Shown here: in pieces, positions 1 through 7,676 of the stretch
Layout: each line of letters opens with the position of its first letter
Numbering within the stretch: position 1 is the stretch's first letter
Source of the DNA: Candidatus Parvarchaeota archaeon
Lineage (GTDB): Archaea > Nanobdellota > Nanobdellia > Parvarchaeales > Parvarchaeaceae
Length of the DNA: 44,433 bases
Assembly: GCA_027366075.1 (NCBI GenBank)
Contig: DAHXLI010000012.1
Coordinates: forward strand, 1-44,433
Reading direction: 5' to 3'
Translations under genes and position numbers: made by a program
Notes under the pieces: generated by a model
Databases searched by the model: none
What the model was told of the DNA's origin: nothing
Seen by the model: only the letters and a program-made list of their open reading frames with translations

Positions 1-794
1 TCAAAGTTCTTCTTCACGTTTTTTATCACGTCTGCGACCTTGTTAAGATAACCATTTGCGACGTCCACTATTATGAAATCCGCTTCTGCTTCTACTATCG
101 CTTTAGTCCTTTCTAAATAATCCGGACCTATGCCTATCGAGCCACCGACTATGAGCCGGCCGTGTTTGTCTTTGGAAGCCGAAACGTAGCTTTCGGATAT
201 CTTTATATCCTTTGAGGTTATCATGCCGACGAGATTGCCGCTGGTATCTACCAATGGCAGCTTCTCTATCTTGTTCTTGTTCAATATCTTTTTGGCATCG
301 GCTATCGAAGTGCCCGTCTTCGCGGATATCACGTCCTTCGTCATCAACTCTTTTACCGTTTTAGCTTCGTCCGTTTCAAATTGGAAATCCCTTTTTGTTA
401 TTATGCCCAAGAGCTTTCTATTTTCCACCACCGGGAAACTGGTCACGTTTTTCTCTATTATGAGCTCTTTAAGCTGCTTCAGGGTGTAATCCGGAAGTAT
501 GGAATATGGCCGGTCTATTATTACGTTCTGTTCGCGCTTTACCTTGATTATGTCGCTGACTTCGTTTTCTATCGTGTTAAACCTGTGTATTGCGCCTACG
601 CACCCTAGTCTTGCCATAGAAATCGCCATGCTTGATTCGGTCACTGTGTCCATGTTGGCGCTTATGATCGGTATCGAAAGCCTGATGTTACCGGTAATGT
701 TTGCCGATGTGTCCGTGTCTTTTCTTGAGAATACCCTAGATACTAGTGGGACTAGCAGAACATCGTCGAATGTAACCAATTCTTTAATCTGCAT
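1..794 (-). CDS. guaB: IMP dehydrogenase, N-terminal ~264 aa; the 3' end runs off the left edge of the window
   Basis: Not in the ORF track because there is no stop in the window. My reverse-strand translation from ATG 794-792 gives MQIKELVTFDDVLLVPLVSRVFSRKD...IPIISANMDTVTESSMAISMARLGCVGAIHRF. This is followed by a CBS-pair-like insert (VTSFPVVENRKLLGIITKRDF ... IEKLPLVDTSGNLVGMITSKDI) and then GRLIVGGSIG, the canonical IMPDH layout. Plus-strand ORFs 223-489, 381-608 and 499-1110 are antisense shadows. Confidence 0.85.
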   Translation of the reverse strand, partial: MQIKELVTFDDVLLVPLVSRVFSRKDTDTSANITGNIRLSIPIISANMDTVTESSMAISMARLGCVGAIHRFNTIENEVSDIIKVKREQNVIIDRPYSILPDYTLKQLKELIIEKNVTSFPVVENRKLLGIITKRDFQFETDEAKTVKELMTKDVISAKTGTSIADAKKILNKNKIEKLPLVDTSGNLVGMITSKDIKISESYVSASKDKHGRLIVGGSIGIGPDYLERTKAIVEAEADFIIVDVANGYLNKVADVIKNVKKNF

Positions 795-887
795 ATCGAC
801 CAAAGTCTCTATGTATCTCAATTTTAAATACGTTTCGACTGCTTTACGAACGCTTATATTCAAACGGTTTCGTAAAATTATATTCGT

Positions 888-960
888 GGGCCGATGGCGC
901 AATTGGCAACGCGCTCCCCTTGCACGGGAGAGACTGGGGGCTCAAATCCCCCTCGGTCCA
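888..960 (+). tRNA. tRNA-Ala (anticodon UGC), no encoded CCA
   Basis: 73-nt cloverleaf. Acceptor is GGGCCGA/TCGGTCC with the G3:U70 alanine identity pair. Anticodon stem is CTCCC/GGGAG with loop CTTGCAC. T arm is GGGGG-CTCAAAT-CCCCC and the discriminator is A. Confidence 0.9.
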
Positions 961-968
961 TGTTTTTG
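961..968 (+). terminator. oligo-T tract immediately after tRNA-Ala
   Basis: TGTTTTTG lies directly 3' of the discriminator base. Archaeal termination typically occurs at oligo-T runs. Confidence 0.35.
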
Positions 969-1010
969 GGCAAAAATCAAGAAAAACTATTTTTGCAAAA
1001 TCGACTCGGG

Positions 1011-1286
1011 TTATCTTTCCTGCTCTGTTTTAAAACCAAGTATTTGGAGACCGTACTTCTCTACGTCCTTTTTCGGCCAAAAATTAATGTCTTTTGTCTT
1101 CAGCACGTAAGAAACTCTTCTTCTTATCGCTCTCCCAGTATAGGTTTTTGTCTTCGGGTCCCACTCTCTTAAGACAATGACATCGCCCGGTTTGCATTTA
1201 AAGTCCGCGAGCCTAGCATCGAACGTTTTCTTTCCTTTGAGAACCGCATTAAAAAGCGACGGTACCGTCTTTTTTTCTATTAACAT
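1011..1286 (-). CDS. ASCH / DUF3850-like PUA-fold protein (91 aa)
   Basis: MLIEKKTVPSLFNAVLKGKKTFDARLADFKCKPGDVIVLREWDPKTKTYTGR matches the ASCH/DUF3850 pattern (F..i..G.KtfE.R..d..f.vGD.l.L.E). I prefer ATG 1286 over the track TTG 1304 because a TATA box sits about 25 nt upstream. Confidence 0.6.
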   Translation of the reverse strand: MLIEKKTVPSLFNAVLKGKKTFDARLADFKCKPGDVIVLREWDPKTKTYTGRAIRRRVSYVLKTKDINFWPKKDVEKYGLQILGFKTEQER

Positions 1287-1307
1287 CAGAGGTAATATCG
1301 GCAAATC

Positions 1308-1315
1308 TATTTAAA
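1308..1315 (-). promoter_or_regulatory. TATA box (TTTAAATA on the minus strand) for the ASCH gene, leaderless spacing
   Basis: The reverse complement of 1308-1315 is TTTAAATA. Its centre is about 25 nt upstream of ATG 1286. Confidence 0.45.
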
Positions 1316-1358
1316 CGATGTTGGCATTATCAGATAAGAGTAAAATTTTATTTTTAAT

Positions 1359-1631
1359 ATGTACATACCTGTATTCGGAAAAAACCTTAGAAGATTAACC
1401 ACTGAATTGATAATCTCTGCGGTAATAGTCTCCTTCATAGAAGAGCTTGCCCTAATGTACGGCGGCTTTCTTAAAATCAATGGCCTGTTTGATTTTATCG
1501 TGGTGACCGCAATACTTGCGGTAATAGAAATAGTCTTGGTGTTTCTAGTGGAAGAAGTCCTCGTGGCCGCCAAACACAGCGTCAGGCGCAGAATAAAAAG
1601 ACAGGGCTCGCTCCACAGATACACAAGATAA
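1359..1631 (+). CDS. hypothetical small membrane protein (90 aa, 2 predicted TM helices, basic tail)
   Basis: The ORF has two hydrophobic segments (LIISAVIVSFIEELALMYGG, FDFIVVTAILAVIEIVLVFLV) and an RRRIKR tail. I chose it over the overlapping antisense ORF 1307-1624, which is low-complexity. No recognisable family. Confidence 0.35.
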   Translation: MYIPVFGKNLRRLTTELIISAVIVSFIEELALMYGGFLKINGLFDFIVVTAILAVIEIVLVFLVEEVLVAAKHSVRRRIKRQGSLHRYTR

Positions 1632-1659
1632 GAAATACGACTTTCTGCTTATAATAATA

Positions 1660-1734
1660 TGGGCCGCCTGAGATTTGAACTCAGGACCTTTCGATTATCA
1701 GTCGAACGCTCCAACCGTGCTAAGCTAGCGGCCC
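1660..1734 (-). tRNA. tRNA-Ile (anticodon GAU), no encoded CCA
   Basis: The reverse complement folds as GGGCCGC-TA-GCTT..GAGC-G-TTCGA-CTGATAA-TCGAA-AGGTC-CTGAG-TTCAAAT-CTCAG-GCGGCCC-A (75 nt), a complete cloverleaf. Confidence 0.9.
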
Positions 1735-1783
1735 TTTTTGGATTATCTAATAAGAACATCCGTATTTTATAATGGTTTTCTCG

Positions 1784-2332
1784 TCATATCAACTTGACAA
1801 GTAAGTTAGCCCCGTGCTGCAGCGTATTGTAAAGCGGGGATCCCGCGCTTATGGTAAGGTAAACCATCGCTATCACTATCACTGCCTCTATTATTATGGG
1901 TATAAAATTTACGATCGGGATATAGAAGGTGACGAAAAGTATCCTAGCCAAAACGAATCTAACTATATGGAGGATTATAAGTATTATCAAGACGCCCTCG
2001 GAAACTAGGGTTATCGCCTGCACTGGAGAATAACTGTGGAGGAACACGGTTACGACCGCGTATATTATTATGCCTGGTAATCCGGTGGCTATAAGCAAAA
2101 AGGCGCTTACCAGCACCGCTATTGCAGACTGCCCGCTTAAGGCAAGAAATATCGCTACGCCGAATAATGCAATCGCTATCAACGATTCGGTAAGTATCCG
2201 CTTTGGCATCAGGTCCGCAACCAGAAGTATAATAATATATCCGACCACCCAAATTACGTTTATATGAAGAAACGCGTATGCGGCTATTACTCCCAAGAGC
2301 CCTATTACATAGATGATGTCCAATAACCGCAT
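1784..2332 (-). CDS. hypothetical polytopic membrane protein (182 aa, ~5-6 TM)
   Basis: Almost entirely hydrophobic helices, with no recognisable motif. Confidence 0.5.
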   Translation of the reverse strand: MRLLDIIYVIGLLGVIAAYAFLHINVIWVVGYIIILLVADLMPKRILTESLIAIALFGVAIFLALSGQSAIAVLVSAFLLIATGLPGIIIYAVVTVFLHSYSPVQAITLVSEGVLIILIILHIVRFVLARILFVTFYIPIVNFIPIIIEAVIVIAMVYLTISAGSPLYNTLQHGANLLVKLI

Positions 2333-2395
2333 AAAAAGTATAAGACGTCTTAATTAATATCTCTTAACATAGTTAAATGGTGGCGCTTTTATTAT

Positions 2396-3589
2396 ATGGT
2401 GAAAGGAAATATCGTAATAAACAAATTGAAGGGCACGCCTCTAGAGAAACAGAAGATAGAGATAGTCGAAAGGAAGGGTCTTGGGCATCCGGATTACATC
2501 GCAGACTCGCTTGCGGAATCTTTTTCTGAGGCGCTGTGTAGATATTATCTTGAAAAATTCAATAAGGTGTTGCACCATAACGTCGACAAATTAGAAGTCA
2601 TCGGGGGGAAAACAGAGCCGGAATTTGGCGGCGGCAAGGTAATAAAACCAATATCGATACTTTTTTCCGGGAGGGCTACTGACGATTTTAACGGCGCGGA
2701 GATACCCGTTAGGGAGATCGCCGTCGAGTCTTCGAATAAGTGGTTCTCAAAAAACATGCGGTTTCTAAACCCAGATTCCATAAATTATATTTTTGAGACT
2801 AAGAGCGGCTCCGCCAATCTTTCCAGTGTTTTTGCGTCCAAAGACCACATCGGCTCAAATGATACGTCTTTTGGGGTCGGCTACGCGCCGCTGACGGAGT
2901 CGGAGAAACTTGTTTTGAGCATCGAACGATACGCCAATTCAAAGGAATTCAAACAAAAATTCCCTTTTTCCGGAGAGGACATAAAAGTCATGTGCGTGAG
3001 GAATCGTAACAAAATAGACGTGACCGTCGCTATGGCTTTCGTAGATAAGTACGTAAACTCCGTCTCAGATTACTTCAAAAAGAAAACTGAGATAATATAC
3101 GAACTATCCAAAAGATTTGACGCGACCCCTCTTGGGAGGAAGATAAAGATAACGCTAAATGGCATGGATGATAAAAGCTTGGGAAAGAATGGCTGCTATC
3201 TTACAGTTACTGGTTCGAGTTCTGAACATGGTGATGACGGTGCGGTAGGCCGCGGCAACAGGGTAAACGGATTGATAACGCCGAACCGGCCAATGAGCTT
3301 AGAAGCCGTTGCCGGAAAGAACCCAGTAAACCACATAGGCAAGATATACAATATTTTATCGATGAAACTGGCGCAAAAAATATATGAATCCCACGGTTTG
3401 GAGGTAAACGTAAAGTCGGTGGGGGGGATAGGCAAACCACTAGACCAGCCGATAGTGATAGCCGTAGAAACTCTGGAACGAACGGAAAAAGAACAGAAAA
3501 ACAAAATCGTTGATTTAATAAACGATGAACTTTCTAAGATAAATGAAATAACAAAAGACGTAATCGCAGGAAAGATCGCGGTCTGCTGA
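2396..3589 (+). CDS. mat: archaeal-type S-adenosylmethionine synthetase
   Basis: ERKGLGHPDYIADSLAESFS and the ~400 aa length match the archaeal MAT family (PF01941-type), not bacterial MetK. Confidence 0.9.
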   Translation: MVKGNIVINKLKGTPLEKQKIEIVERKGLGHPDYIADSLAESFSEALCRYYLEKFNKVLHHNVDKLEVIGGKTEPEFGGGKVIKPISILFSGRATDDFNGAEIPVREIAVESSNKWFSKNMRFLNPDSINYIFETKSGSANLSSVFASKDHIGSNDTSFGVGYAPLTESEKLVLSIERYANSKEFKQKFPFSGEDIKVMCVRNRNKIDVTVAMAFVDKYVNSVSDYFKKKTEIIYELSKRFDATPLGRKIKITLNGMDDKSLGKNGCYLTVTGSSSEHGDDGAVGRGNRVNGLITPNRPMSLEAVAGKNPVNHIGKIYNILSMKLAQKIYESHGLEVNVKSVGGIGKPLDQPIVIAVETLERTEKEQKNKIVDLINDELSKINEITKDVIAGKIAVC

Positions 3590-3597
3590 CATTATTT

Positions 3598-4689
3598 ATG
3601 GCGATGGACGAATTCGAAACACTGAATCTTATAAAATACCTTGAAGGGATAAAAGGAAGACACACCGAACTTGTAACGGTCTACGTCCCTGCCGGATTCA
3701 GCCTAGATATAATAAGGGGGCAGCTCGGGGAAGAGAAAAGCACTGCCTCCAACATAAAGGACAGAAACAACAGGAAAAACGTAATAGACGCATTAGAAAA
3801 AATATCTAACGAGCTAAGGCTTATACGCAGTACTCCCAAAAACGGACTTGTCGTATTTTGTGGGAACGTTTCAGACAAAGAAGGGGAGCCGGATATAAAA
3901 GTCTGGGAAGTGGAGCCTCCGCAAAAGTCAGACATAAGACTTTATCGTTGTGACCAACGATTCATAATAGAGCCGCTTAAGGCGATGTATCAGCAGGGAA
4001 ATTCATATGGGCTTATAGTCTTAGACCACCGCGAAGCCACTTTCGGCCTCCTGGAAGGGGCGAAGGTGACGATGCTTAAACACATAAAATCCCTTGTACC
4101 GGGAAAGTTCTCGAAGGGTGGCCAATCCGCGACCCGTTTCGCTAGGGAGCGAGAAGGGCTGATAAGAGACTTCTACAAAGAGATTGGAGACATAGCAAAA
4201 TCTTTCTTTTTTGGAAAGGGATTGGCTGGCATCATAATCGGCGGACCCGGTCCTGCAAAGGACAACTTCCTTGAAAGCGGATATCTAGCCACAGACCTGA
4301 AGAACATAGTAGTAGGGACAAAAAGCATAAGCTATACGGACGAAAGCGGCTTAAAGGAGCTTGTAGAAAAGAGCCGGGACGTTTTGATGAACGAAAGGGT
4401 CGTTATAGAAAAGGAATACGTCCAAAAATTAATGGGAAGCATATCTAAAAATGACAATCTTTCTGCTTATGGCGAGGACGCCGTAAGAAGACAGCTGGAT
4501 TCTGGGAACGTGGAACTATTGCTTATATCTTCCGCGTTTGACGACATAAAAAAGAATGAATTTTATTATAAAGCGAAGGAAAACCAGGTCAGGGTAGAAT
4601 TCATATCAAAAGAATCGAGCGACGGCCAACAACTTTACAGCCTTGGTGCTGTCGCGGCGATCCTAAAACGGCCATCAAAGGGTGTTTAA
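3598..4689 (+). CDS. prf1: peptide chain release factor aRF1
   Basis: GGQ motif (KGGQSATRFARERE), YxCxxxF motif (YRCDQRF) and a NIKS-region variant TASNIKD. Confidence 0.9.
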   Translation: MAMDEFETLNLIKYLEGIKGRHTELVTVYVPAGFSLDIIRGQLGEEKSTASNIKDRNNRKNVIDALEKISNELRLIRSTPKNGLVVFCGNVSDKEGEPDIKVWEVEPPQKSDIRLYRCDQRFIIEPLKAMYQQGNSYGLIVLDHREATFGLLEGAKVTMLKHIKSLVPGKFSKGGQSATRFAREREGLIRDFYKEIGDIAKSFFFGKGLAGIIIGGPGPAKDNFLESGYLATDLKNIVVGTKSISYTDESGLKELVEKSRDVLMNERVVIEKEYVQKLMGSISKNDNLSAYGEDAVRRQLDSGNVELLLISSAFDDIKKNEFYYKAKENQVRVEFISKESSDGQQLYSLGAVAAILKRPSKGV

Positions 4690-4720
4690 CGTTTAATCAC
4701 TACTTTTAAATAAGAACAGT

Positions 4721-4729
4721 ATTAATATA
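4721..4729 (+). promoter_or_regulatory. TATA box (ATTAATATA) about 25 nt upstream of the GTG start of the RelE-like gene
   Basis: Centre at 4725 and GTG at 4750, the same spacing seen at other first genes in this window. Confidence 0.4.
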
Positions 4730-4749
4730 CCTACCTATCTTATAATCAC

Positions 4750-5061
4750 GTGGAATACGATGCATTTGCATGCAGGCTTGGCGCCTATCAAGACAACTCG
4801 ATATTTGGGATAGACGTTTCGCGGGACTTTTCAAAGGCCCTTGAGAAATTGAGCAGAAAAGACAAGAAAACGCTCGAAGCCACGCTGTCTAAGATGACTG
4901 AAATAAGCACTCAACCCGAACATTATAAACCGCTTAGGGGGCCCATGAAAGGTTATTGGCGGGCGCACGTAGGCTCGTTTGTAGTAGTGTACTCGATCGA
5001 TAAAAACCAACGTAGGGTCGCGTTTGAAAAATTCGACCACCACGATTCCGCTTACAACTAG
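4750..5061 (+). CDS. RelE/ParE-superfamily toxin-like protein (103 aa), no adjacent antitoxin
   Basis: LEKLSRKDKKTLEATLSKMTEISTQPEHYKPLRGPMKGYWRAHVGSFVVVYSIDKNQRRVAFEKFDHHDSAY follows the RelE/aRelE pattern (L.kl....i..ki..l...P...k.L.g.l.g.yR.rvGdyRviY.id.....v.i..i.hR...Y). The only in-frame start upstream of the domain is GTG 4750. Confidence 0.65.
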   Translation: MEYDAFACRLGAYQDNSIFGIDVSRDFSKALEKLSRKDKKTLEATLSKMTEISTQPEHYKPLRGPMKGYWRAHVGSFVVVYSIDKNQRRVAFEKFDHHDSAYN

Positions 5062-5230
5062 TATTTTCTCTTTAATGGAAAATTAAGCAATTAGACTTCC
5101 CCGGGTTATTGGCGGCATCATGATACCTGTCTTGTCTCCAACCAGATAGGTTTTGGGCTGCAGGAATTAAGCAACTGGCTCTATGTTACTTGAGTAAAAA
5201 TAAGAGAAGAGCCACTGAATGAAATAGTGA

Positions 5231-5899
5231 TTATCTTCTATTTTTGCTTGCTTTTTGCTTGGATGATTTGAAACTAAAGAATCCAAACCAAAGCAAAACT
5301 ATGCCGATAAATTCAGAGTAGTACAAAAATGCAGGGAACTGTACGATGTAAAGTGTGCCTGCTACCGATACTACGATAACCCCCGCGATTATACTTAACA
5401 TTTTTTTATTGTGCGTCCTCATGTAAGTCAGGGCGGCGATTACCGCAAGTACTACTGCCGCTACGAAGGTTATTATCGAAGATGTTATGACTACCAATAA
5501 CGGGAGGATCCCCCATACTACGTACGTTGAGATTACATTACCGATGTTGCTCACTACCAGCGAATACACCAGTGCAGCCTCTGTAATGATTGAAAATATG
5601 TAGTAAGACCACGTTATTTTTCTATTTTTTAACAATTCGACCGAGCCTAACGCCAGTGAGTTGACCAGCAACGCGACTATGAAGAGGTATGCCGAAATCA
5701 AAAGTTCGCTATAGAAGCCAAATGCAAATATTATCTCCAATATCACCCCCAACGCAAATAACCAAAGGCCTGTACTCCAGAAAAGAAGGGCTCGTGATCT
5801 TGTTCTAAGATAATTTCTTATCAAATACACCGCTAGAACCGCGCTAAGTAAAAATATAACTATCGTTGATAACTCGACTATTGCCTGAGTGCCAAACAT
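5231..5899 (-). CDS. hypothetical 7-TM membrane protein (222 aa) with a basic C-terminal tail
   Basis: Seven hydrophobic helices and a KSSKQKASKNRR tail. No in-membrane Lys or other opsin signature. Family not recognised. Confidence 0.55.
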   Translation of the reverse strand: MFGTQAIVELSTIVIFLLSAVLAVYLIRNYLRTRSRALLFWSTGLWLFALGVILEIIFAFGFYSELLISAYLFIVALLVNSLALGSVELLKNRKITWSYYIFSIITEAALVYSLVVSNIGNVISTYVVWGILPLLVVITSSIITFVAAVVLAVIAALTYMRTHNKKMLSIIAGVIVVSVAGTLYIVQFPAFLYYSEFIGIVLLWFGFFSFKSSKQKASKNRR

Positions 5900-5943
5900 T
5901 ATGTCTGTTGTTATTTGTTAGATTTAAAGCTTATTTTTAATAA

Positions 5944-6288
5944 TCACTTGAGCCAGAATTTGCTTACCTGCTCGAGTATGTCCTCTCTCAATCTCTCTCC
6001 TTTCGAAGTCAATTTTTCGATTGAATCGGCAAGCGGATTAAGCTTTAGGTATCTAAGCCATGGCGAGAAATGGCGGCCGTTGAAATGGTATTCTATGGAT
6101 TCTAGAGGGATCGTCCTAAGTCTAGACAAAAATTCACTAAGCGTCTCAGCCCTGCCTACCTCCCTCCCGTTTCTTAGCCTAAAGATAAATTCTTTACCCG
6201 GTTCAACGGTTACTTCGCCGGTCTTCCCGGGTTGACTACCAGAGGAAACTTGATTTAGCTTGTCCAGATTGCTGTTGAAAGTCGCCAT
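5944..6288 (-). CDS. DUF5752-like small protein (114 aa)
   Basis: FIFRLRNGREVGRAETLSEFLSRLRTIPLESIEYHFNGRHFSPWL resembles, from memory, the DUF5752 pattern (F.F....G..A.sL.EF...l..vp..Si.yH). I chose ATG 6288 because GGTGG lies 6 nt upstream, and the track start 6351 adds 21 poorly fitting residues. Confidence 0.4.
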   Translation of the reverse strand: MATFNSNLDKLNQVSSGSQPGKTGEVTVEPGKEFIFRLRNGREVGRAETLSEFLSRLRTIPLESIEYHFNGRHFSPWLRYLKLNPLADSIEKLTSKGERLREDILEQVSKFWLK

Positions 6289-6407
6289 AATACCACCTAG
6301 TATAAACATTGCTCGTCGTGCCTTATATTTAAAATGTACCTTGACCGGCAAAAAATCTATAAATATAAAAAACTACGCTAGTTATTTGAAAGTCTAATTT
6401 TTGGCTA

Positions 6408-7676
6408 ATGGAAATCTTTAAGAAATACGATATACGTGGACTCTATCCGTCAGAGATAAACGAAGAAAACGCGTTTAGGATTGGCAGGGCGATAGCGACT
6501 TTGCTTAAAAAGAAAAACATTTTCCTTAACTATGATAACAGATTAGGCAGCATTAGGATAAAAGACAATTTTACGAGTGGATTGATACACAGCGGAGCGA
6601 CGGTTTACGAGCTAGGAATGGGCCCAGTGACGGTATCTGCGTTTGCGTCCATTCGTGAAGACGCCTGCGGGATATGCATAAGCGCGTCTCATAACCCGAT
6701 GGAATATACCGGGATACTAACCTACATAAACGGAGTAACGCTCACGCCGGAACCAATAAAAGCAGTATACCTGGAGAAGAAATTCAGCGAAAATTTTGGG
6801 AAGATGATTCCGTTCGGCTATGACGATAAATATGTTGATTATATAACCAAAGGCGAGAAAATGAAAGTAAAGGTGGGAGTAGATTCGATGGGCGGCTCGA
6901 CTACTTTTATAGCTCCATATATTTTCAATAAGGTCGGGGCTAAAGTTTCTATGCTCAGAAGCTCGCCTTCAAGCGATTTTTATGGGCGCGTCCCTGAACC
7001 AAGCCCGGAAAATTGCAAAGACTTGGGGCGCCTTGTAAAAAAGGACGGCCTAAACTTTGGGCTCCAGCTGGATGCAGACGGTGACCGTGGCATGATAGTT
7101 GATGACAAAGGCCGGGCTTTAGATCCGATGATTACGTCTCTTATACTGATAAAATATCTAAAATTCAAGAACATCGTTGCGACTATCGCATGTTCTAGCT
7201 TATTGGAAGACTATGCAAAGGTAAAATATGTAAAAACCGGGAGACCGAACGTTGAGGACGAGATGAAGACAAAGAAATACGACTTCGGCGTGGAAACCGC
7301 GTCCCATTTCTATTTTGGGAAATACTATCCATTTTCGGACGGTATCCTGCTCGGTTTGTTGGTGGGAAGGGTCATAGCGATAACGGGTAAAAAGCTAAGC
7401 GAACTGGTTAAAGAATTTCCGAAGATATATTACGGGAACCTCTCTCTTGCATTTTCGAGCCAGGACAAAATAAAAAGAAAAATGGGGGAGATAGAGAAAA
7501 ACTTGAAAGGCTACAAAAACAAAATAGAAATGGATGGAGTTAAAATACTCCTTGAAAATGGTTTTATGTTATTCAGGCCTTCAAATACAGAGCCGTTGGT
7601 AAGGGTATATTACGAGGGGCGCGGACCGGCGGAATTCAAAAAAATTCATGCTCTTGTAAACCGCATAATAAAATGA
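6408..7676 (+). CDS. phosphomannomutase/phosphoglucomutase family enzyme
   Basis: FKKYDIRG, phosphoserine loop ISASHNP, Mg site DADGDR, sugar loop GVETASH and phosphate-binding loop RPSNTEP are all present. Confidence 0.85.
   Translation: MEIFKKYDIRGLYPSEINEENAFRIGRAIATLLKKKNIFLNYDNRLGSIRIKDNFTSGLIHSGATVYELGMGPVTVSAFASIREDACGICISASHNPMEYTGILTYINGVTLTPEPIKAVYLEKKFSENFGKMIPFGYDDKYVDYITKGEKMKVKVGVDSMGGSTTFIAPYIFNKVGAKVSMLRSSPSSDFYGRVPEPSPENCKDLGRLVKKDGLNFGLQLDADGDRGMIVDDKGRALDPMITSLILIKYLKFKNIVATIACSSLLEDYAKVKYVKTGRPNVEDEMKTKKYDFGVETASHFYFGKYYPFSDGILLGLLVGRVIAITGKKLSELVKEFPKIYYGNLSLAFSSQDKIKRKMGEIEKNLKGYKNKIEMDGVKILLENGFMLFRPSNTEPLVRVYYEGRGPAEFKKIHALVNRIIK

Noticed and set aside
223-1110. Plus-strand track ORFs 223-489, 381-608 and 499-1110
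   Set aside because: They lie antisense to a clearly recognisable IMP dehydrogenase reading frame. The last one also runs straight through tRNA-Ala. Their sequences are low-complexity and hydrophobic, typical of shadow frames.
1307-1624. Minus-strand 105-aa ORF overlapping the 1359-1631 plus-strand ORF
   Set aside because: Only one of the two can be real. The minus-strand product is low-complexity (S/T/I-rich) with no plausible start context. I kept the plus-strand two-TM protein, at low confidence.
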